Origin: Acaryochloris marina MBIC11017
GTDB taxonomy: Bacteria; Cyanobacteriota; Cyanobacteriia; Thermosynechococcales; Thermosynechococcaceae
Length of the DNA stretch: 32,000 nucleotides
Direction: 5' to 3'
Assembly (NCBI RefSeq): GCF_000018105.1
Contig: NC_009925.1
Location: forward strand, 4,500,001 to 4,532,000
The notes beneath the pieces are model-generated. The model had not been told where the DNA came from. It was given only the letters and a program-made list of their open reading frames with translations, and did not search any database. Every line of letters begins with the position of its first letter. Position 1 is the stretch's first letter. The position numbers and the translations under genes were made by a program. Shown one piece after another: positions 24,970 to 32,000 of this stretch.

Positions 24970-25878
24970 TTACAGCCAAGGTTGACCTTGAATATCCTTC
25001 CAAACTAGAGAAAGTAAGTCAGAATTCGTGGCATCAAACCAGTGAATGCCAGAATTCGCTCTAAACCAGGTGCGTTGGCGCTTGGCGAATTGACGAGTAT
25101 GAAGAATAGTTTGGGCGGTTGCTTCTTCTAGGGTGATTTGCTGATGCAGATAGGCCTTCATTTCTTGATAGCCCAGGGTTGCTAAGAGGGGGAGTTCGAC
25201 CCCATAGTGGTCGATGAGTTTTTGGACTTCAGTCAACCAACCCTGCTCCACCATGGCAGCCGTGCGCTGCTGAATGATGTCGGTATGCTGGTCCAGATCA
25301 CTAATATCTAAGCCAATTTGCAAGATGGGATAGGACGGGGGATTCTTGCCTTGCTGTGCTGATAGGGGGATGCCCGTGGTGTAAAAGACTTCTAATGCTC
25401 TTAGGGTACGGACTTGGTCATGGGCATGAATTTTTTGGGCTGCTGGTGGATCGACTTGCTGGAGCCATTGGTAAATCTGGACCTGGCCTTGGGATTGGAG
25501 TTGCGATCGCAACTCCAGTTGCGGCGGTACCCGCGGAATCTTCAGCCCCTCCACAATCGCCCGGATATACAGTCCAGTCCCCCCCACGAGAATCGGCGTT
25601 TGCCCCTCAGTATGAAACTGAGCAATGAGCGCCTGAGCCTGCTCTTGGTAGTCGGCAACCGTCAAAGTCTCAGTAGGGTCACATATATCAATGAGATAGT
25701 GAGGAACATCTTCTTGATCCGTTACAGAAGGTTTCGCAGTACCAATATCAAACCCCCGATAGACTTGCCGAGAGTCTGCACTGAGAATGGGAGCACCTAA
25801 ACGTCGGGCCAAAGCCAATGCCAGAGAGGATTTTCCGGTAGCCGTTGGCCCACAAATTACGATCAACCCTGGCGTCAT
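24970..25878 (-). CDS. miaA: tRNA dimethylallyltransferase
   Basis: 'LIVICGPTATGKSSLALALARRLGAPILSADSRQVYRGFDIGTAKP', 'PHYLIDI', 'PILVGGTGLY' and 'FAKRQRTWF' are canonical MiaA blocks. Confidence 0.92.
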   Translation of the reverse strand: MTPGLIVICGPTATGKSSLALALARRLGAPILSADSRQVYRGFDIGTAKPSVTDQEDVPHYLIDICDPTETLTVADYQEQAQALIAQFHTEGQTPILVGGTGLYIRAIVEGLKIPRVPPQLELRSQLQSQGQVQIYQWLQQVDPPAAQKIHAHDQVRTLRALEVFYTTGIPLSAQQGKNPPSYPILQIGLDISDLDQHTDIIQQRTAAMVEQGWLTEVQKLIDHYGVELPLLATLGYQEMKAYLHQQITLEEATAQTILHTRQFAKRQRTWFRANSGIHWFDATNSDLLSLVWKDIQGQPWL

Positions 25879-25943
25879 TCCTACTGAATCCTAAAGAATT
25901 AATAATGCAACCCCACGGTAAACAGCCCTTAAGACAGGTCTAA

Positions 25944-27980
<2,037 letters not shown>

Positions 27981-27988
27981 GAGCCGCC

Positions 27989-28555
27989 ATGACTCAATCC
28001 ATCAAAGATCCACTCCGTTGGACGACAGCAGATATTGAGTCCTTAGCAGCGGATGAATGGAAACGTTATGAAATTATTGATGGAGAGTTGTTTGTGACTC
28101 GGGCACCGCATATTGGTCATCAAGGTGCTGCGGGACGCATTTATGCCAGATTATTATTGTGGTCTGAAGAAACAAACCAGGGTCAACCCATCCTGACTCC
28201 GGGCTTGATTTTCTCTGATGCCGATAATGTGATTCCCGATGTGGTTTGGGTCAGCAATCAGCGTCTGGCAGCGATTGTTGATGAAGAAGGCCATTTAACG
28301 GGCGCACCGGAGTTGATTGTGGAGGTGCTGTCAGCAGGGGGGAGCAATGAACGTCGAGATAAAGAAGCGAAGTTGAAATTGTATTCCTTAAAAGGAGTGC
28401 AAGAATACTGGATTGTTGATTGGCGATTACAACAGTTAGAAGTCTACCGACGAGACGATGCTCAACTTCAGCTTTATCAGACGCTTCTAGCAGACGATGA
28501 AATCTCATCCCCTTTGTTACCCAGCTTTTCCTGTGCAGTCAACCGTTTCTTTTAG
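27989..28555 (+). CDS. Uma2-family (DUF820) PD-(D/E)XK endonuclease
   Basis: 'YEIIDGELFV', 'PDVVWVS', 'APELIVEVLSAGGSNERRDKEAKLKLYSLKGVQEYWIVDWRLQQLEVYR' is the typical Uma2 layout. AGGAG (27979-27983) overlaps the gyrB stop codon. Confidence 0.85.
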   Translation: MTQSIKDPLRWTTADIESLAADEWKRYEIIDGELFVTRAPHIGHQGAAGRIYARLLLWSEETNQGQPILTPGLIFSDADNVIPDVVWVSNQRLAAIVDEEGHLTGAPELIVEVLSAGGSNERRDKEAKLKLYSLKGVQEYWIVDWRLQQLEVYRRDDAQLQLYQTLLADDEISSPLLPSFSCAVNRFF

Positions 28556-28646
28556 AGACGTTTTAATTGCCCTATAGGATGTCTGCTCAATCAACCTCTC
28601 CAGAGTTGAATGGTATCGGATTGATATTTGCAATACCCGGCATTAA

Positions 28647-28829
28647 TCAGCGAAGATTCTCTAAAGCCGCTAGTAAGCCGGCAAGGATGGCTAATAAGAC
28701 CAAACCCCAAATTACAAAGCCAGGGAAAAAGGTAATTACCTCTAAACCGCGAAGGACATAGACAGCGATCGCACCGGACAGAAAGAAGAAAAACCACTTT
28801 GCGGCCCATGATCGTGCAAACTGTCCCAT
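28647..28829 (-). CDS. Small (60 aa) two-helix membrane protein
   Basis: Two hydrophobic helices (WFFFFLSGAIAVYVL; FFPGFVIWGLVLLAILAGLLAAL). GAGGAG lies 5-6 nt upstream of ATG 28829. The gene starts 22 nt downstream of the polyprenol-kinase-like gene on the same strand. It is preferred over the two overlapping non-hydrophobic ORFs. Confidence 0.45.
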   Translation of the reverse strand: MGQFARSWAAKWFFFFLSGAIAVYVLRGLEVITFFPGFVIWGLVLLAILAGLLAALENLR

Positions 28830-28851
28830 GTTCTCTCCTCTGCTGCTAGGT

Positions 28852-29553
28852 CTATGTTAGCCAAAACTCATTAAAAACAAAGCCCAAAGCTGCGCTAGCA
28901 ATGGGAACAGTGAGATTATCAATACCCCATTTGGAAAAAGCTTCTAGGGTCGAAACAATCACGGAAATAGCAACGGCACTAATCCAAGTTGCCGTGATAT
29001 TCCCCTGAGTAATCCACAAAATTCCGTAGATGATCAGACAGCTAACGCCTGCCATACTCAAAGAGCCTTCCCAGCTCTTTTTCATCCCCCAGACTTGATA
29101 GGGATGTCGGCCAAATCGCTGACCAATCAGAGCAGCTAAACCATCTCCCCATGTCATGGTCAAAATACCAATGGCAGCATATTGGGGCAGCTTTAAGGGC
29201 CAAAACCAAGCAATCAAAATACCAATGCTTAAAGCATAGAAAAAAGTACCCAGACTTTTCCGCCCCACGCCACTGACACTAGACAAAATAGGGTAACGGT
29301 AAGACAACAGCGTCACAATGCTGAAGATGACTGACGCTGCAATCCCAACCCAGGTAGGCACATCCAGCCACCAAGCTAACAAAATGACATTGCCCGTACC
29401 AATGTGAACCACCTTACGGGTGATTTCAGGATCGGTGGTAATCAGCCGCTTGAGGAGTTCAGCACTCCCGATCACAATTCCCAACCATATTCCCACCAGC
29501 AGCAGTTGTAGGGTGATAGACGTAGGAGGGCTTGGTAATGCGAGCACGGTCAA
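28852..29553 (-). CDS. Phytol/polyprenol kinase-like membrane protein (VTE5/dolichol kinase/CdsA superfamily)
   Basis: 233 aa, polytopic. 'RKVVHIGTGNVILLAWW' and 'WGDGLAALIGQRFGRH' match conserved blocks of CTP-dependent polyprenol kinases. TTG start. Confidence 0.65.
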   Translation of the reverse strand: MTVLALPSPPTSITLQLLLVGIWLGIVIGSAELLKRLITTDPEITRKVVHIGTGNVILLAWWLDVPTWVGIAASVIFSIVTLLSYRYPILSSVSGVGRKSLGTFFYALSIGILIAWFWPLKLPQYAAIGILTMTWGDGLAALIGQRFGRHPYQVWGMKKSWEGSLSMAGVSCLIIYGILWITQGNITATWISAVAISVIVSTLEAFSKWGIDNLTVPIASAALGFVFNEFWLT

Positions 29554-29645
29554 TGCAATAATCCACTATCAATTCGGTCAATGACCTTCACTGTAGTGGA
29601 TTCTGCTAGTCCTGAAAAGTGGATTGATTGTACTGACAACCCTTG

Positions 29646-29690
29646 CGAGAGATCTCTGATCAACACCAATGAGAATGTTCAGATCTCTCG
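29646..29690 (-). terminator. 10-bp perfect inverted repeat after the TIR-like/FGE gene
   Basis: cgagagatct (29646-29655) and agatctctcg (29681-29690) are exact reverse complements with a 25-nt loop. It lies about 100 nt past the stop at 29793 on the minus strand. There is no adjacent U-run. Confidence 0.3.
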
Positions 29691-29792
29691 TGGTGCTAAA
29701 AAGTGCTCATGCTCAGAATACCGCTCATGTTTGTATCATTAAGGTTTCATTCCCCACCTTCCATCACACTCCAAATGTTTAAGGTATTTACC

Positions 29793-31457
29793 TCATATAG
29801 AGGTACGAACTACACGAAACCCAAGCTGGCTGCTGCTCTCATCCGGGGCATTAGAATCGCGTGATGCAGAATAACAGTTCATGGAAGATGAGAACCAATC
29901 CCCCCCTCTTTTGACACATTGAGAGCGGCCATTATGCATATCAATCCAAGCTGAACCATCTGCCGGTGCTAAGTCATAGGTTGTTTGATACGTATCAAGA
30001 CACCATTCAGAAACATTGCCATGCATATCATAGAGGCCAAAAGCATTGGCGACCTTAAAGTGGCCTACAGGCGTTGTCTCTCGGCCTACCTTACCTGCTT
30101 CTTCCCGGAATATATTGACAAAGGTCATGAGGATTGTGGAATCATAGTTAGCAAATTCAGGGCTGATTGTATTGCCAAAGTGAAAGATAGTTTCGGTTTT
30201 GGCCCGACAGGCGTATTCCCACTCCGCTTCGCTCGGCAAGCGGTAAGCCATTCCCGTTAGTCGAGAGAGACGATCACAAAACTCGACGGCCTCATACCAA
30301 GAAACACTCTCAACGGGCAGTTGACTTCCCTTAAAGTGGGATGGGTCAGCCTTTAATTCAATAGAAATTTTCTCTAGCTGGGCAACAGCACGCCACTGTT
30401 CTTGAGTGATGGGATACTTACTCATGTAGAACGGCGGAAGTTCTACAACATGCTGTGGCTTTTCATTTTTATCATGATATTTGTCATCATCTGTGGATCC
30501 CATATGAAATTTCCCCCCAGGAATTTCGGCGAGCTCTAGGTCCACGTCAGACACCAATGTCTCGACATAATATTGAATTTGATGTGTTGTGCGCTGTTTT
30601 TCTTTTCCTTCCTGGTTTATCAACACCACATCGAATGGTGTATGTGTATCTGGCTCTGAGGGGGGCCACTCTTTCAGTATTTCCTGCTGAATTTGGCCAG
30701 CGACGTCCTCCGAAATTCCTAATGCCAGACGCAGGTCATTTAGAACTTCTTGAGCTTTTTCCAACTTTCCTTGCCGATGTTGGAGTTCAAGCTGCACTGC
30801 GTTTCTAAATTCCTGACGATTAGACTTTTCAGTGTCATAGGCGGCCTTCAGCTCAATCCTGATCTGATCGATATCCCTATCAGACAGTTGATATTGTTCA
30901 GCCAACCGAGCTAACATTTTTCGCTCAGCCGGAGAGATATCACCATCTTGGAAAAACTTCTCTGCTAGCTGCTTATACTCCGTAATGCCTGTCTGCCTTC
31001 TCTGGGCTTGTTGTGCTGCCAGAATCTGTGCTTGAATATCTTGGGCGATTCGACTCACCTCTTGGACAACGGGTGTCCAAGAGGGGCCTTGAGTCATATG
31101 GGCAAACTGGGGTTGAGCCGTTTCAAGTTCTTGATCTTGAGCCACATCTTGGAGCTTGGGTAATGAAGTCTGCTCGAAGTAGCTGGAGCGGATAAAGATG
31201 GAGAGGGTTGGTGTGGCTGTTAAGAACAAAATCACATCAGCCTGGTGAAGGAGACTATCACTGGGGTGTTTTATAGGGACTCCTGTATCAGACCTGCGAT
31301 CGCACCCCAATTCAATTAACCCTTTCTGCTGCAAATCCCTCAGATGCAGTTCCAGTGACTGGCATAACTCAAGGTGCTGATCAGCATTCGAGATCATCAC
31401 TTTAACCGGCTTAAGTGCCTGGTCTAAGCAGGAATTGGGCATGGGACGTTTCACCAT
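29793..31457 (-). CDS. TIR-like N-terminal domain - helical repeat region - C-terminal FGE-sulfatase (SUMF1/EgtB/PvdO-type) domain protein
   Basis: The FGE-sulfatase domain spans about nt 29802-30545: 'IPGGKFHMGS', 'EKPQHVVELPPFYMSKYPITQEQW', 'AYRLPSEAEWEYACRA', 'NAFGLYDMHGNVSEWCLD', 'VKRGGDW', 'GFRVVR'. The N-terminal 'VKVMISNADQHLELCQSLELHLRDLQQKGLIELGCDRRS...LLHQADVILFLTATPTL' follows the bacterial TIR pattern (VFISYS...HL..L...GI..W.D......AD.VL.LVSP). The middle carries helical repeats ('ISPAERKMLARLAEQYQLSDRDIDQI', 'LNDLRLALGISEDVAGQIQQEIL'). Confidence 0.85.
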   Translation of the reverse strand: MVKRPMPNSCLDQALKPVKVMISNADQHLELCQSLELHLRDLQQKGLIELGCDRRSDTGVPIKHPSDSLLHQADVILFLTATPTLSIFIRSSYFEQTSLPKLQDVAQDQELETAQPQFAHMTQGPSWTPVVQEVSRIAQDIQAQILAAQQAQRRQTGITEYKQLAEKFFQDGDISPAERKMLARLAEQYQLSDRDIDQIRIELKAAYDTEKSNRQEFRNAVQLELQHRQGKLEKAQEVLNDLRLALGISEDVAGQIQQEILKEWPPSEPDTHTPFDVVLINQEGKEKQRTTHQIQYYVETLVSDVDLELAEIPGGKFHMGSTDDDKYHDKNEKPQHVVELPPFYMSKYPITQEQWRAVAQLEKISIELKADPSHFKGSQLPVESVSWYEAVEFCDRLSRLTGMAYRLPSEAEWEYACRAKTETIFHFGNTISPEFANYDSTILMTFVNIFREEAGKVGRETTPVGHFKVANAFGLYDMHGNVSEWCLDTYQTTYDLAPADGSAWIDMHNGRSQCVKRGGDWFSSSMNCYSASRDSNAPDESSSQLGFRVVRTSI

Positions 31458-31806
31458 TTCTCGTTAATGTTCCCCGGCCTTTATGTCTCGTGATCAACCC
31501 TGCAGACTAAACACCTATTTTGAGACAGATCACCAATCTGACTCAGATAGGAATGTCCAATAGGCTATCCCTGCAATACCTGGAGTTTTAGCGAACTTAT
31601 TAGGTTTTCTTATGCCGTTTAACCTTGACCCTCAAGCCAGCTTTAAGGATTAGCCTAAGAACATGGCAATAGTCCTTTGTACCCAGACAAAATTAGTACC
31701 CCATCTCGCAAGAGTTAAGTCTTTAGATCCTGGTATCACCCCCAAGGGATTGAATAGGCTGGGAACAAGAAATACAACCCATCCAGTCAGGAGTCACTCT
31801 ATACCT

Positions 31807-32000
31807 ATGAAGTTTCGTTCTTCGTTTTTAATCGCAGCAGTTCTTTTACCCGTCATTGGCCTAGTTGGCATGGGGCAACCCTCTCAAGCCCAACCCGGCC
31901 AGAACTCATCGACTGTGCTGGCACAACGCCAAAAGCTGAGTCCAGAAGAACGGGCGGCTAAACGAGAAAAGCGAGCTGCACAATTTAAGCAGACCCTAGG
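31807..32000 (+). CDS. Secreted hypothetical protein, N-terminal fragment (continues beyond the window)
   Basis: The frame from ATG 31807 stays open to the window end: MKFRSSFLIAAVLLPVIGLVGMGQPSQAQPGQNSSTVLAQRQKLSPEERAAKREKRAAQFKQTL. It has a signal peptide with an SQA cleavage context. AGGAG lies about 13 nt upstream. Confidence 0.5.
   Translation, partial: MKFRSSFLIAAVLLPVIGLVGMGQPSQAQPGQNSSTVLAQRQKLSPEERAAKREKRAAQFKQTL

Noticed and set aside
24372-25878. miaA followed by a SLOG-fold gene, considered as a LOG-like cytokinin-activating pair
   Set aside because: The short protein shows the DprA-type 'GSR...SG..G...A' core and lacks the LOG signature (PGGxGTxxE). The link to isopentenyl-adenine metabolism is therefore unsupported.
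28567-28809. ORFs 28567..28761 (+) and 28591..28809 (-) competing with the 60-aa membrane ORF
   Set aside because: Neither has a Shine-Dalgarno sequence and both have basic, low-complexity sequences. The 28647..28829 frame encodes two clean hydrophobic helices and has GAGGAG upstream.

Overview
Cyanobacterial chromosomal DNA. The HIP1 octamer GCGATCGC occurs more than 12 times, and pxcA/cemA, phytol-kinase-like, pentapeptide-repeat, Uma2 and exosortase genes fit that origin. I call about 30 protein-coding genes. By eye I found no rRNA, tRNA, CRISPR array, transposase or integrase. Core genes are a DegT-type sugar aminotransferase, pxcA, tag, miaA and gyrB. Accessory content is concentrated at 8.0-20.0 kb: (i) a 1136-aa AAA-like (PF14516-type) NTPase-TM-14xWD40 protein; (ii) an AT-rich patch with an HXXEE membrane protein, a translationally coupled small-protein/retropepsin-like protease pair and a 316-aa orphan ORF; (iii) a second, paralogous AAA-like NTPase with an N-terminal HTH; (iv) transcribed divergently from (iii), a three-gene ATGA-coupled operon encoding a VIT-vWA protein with a PEP-CTERM sorting signal, an exosortase and an EpsI-like partner. 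Near the right end is a single-polypeptide TIR-like/helical/FGE-sulfatase-domain protein. My best candidates for an undescribed system are two. One is the HTH-NTPase plus orphan-gene module (13.8-16.2 kb), possibly tied to the adjacent vWA/exosortase operon. The other is the small-protein/aspartic-protease pair (12.97-13.61 kb). All functional calls come from motif recognition by eye; no searches were run.
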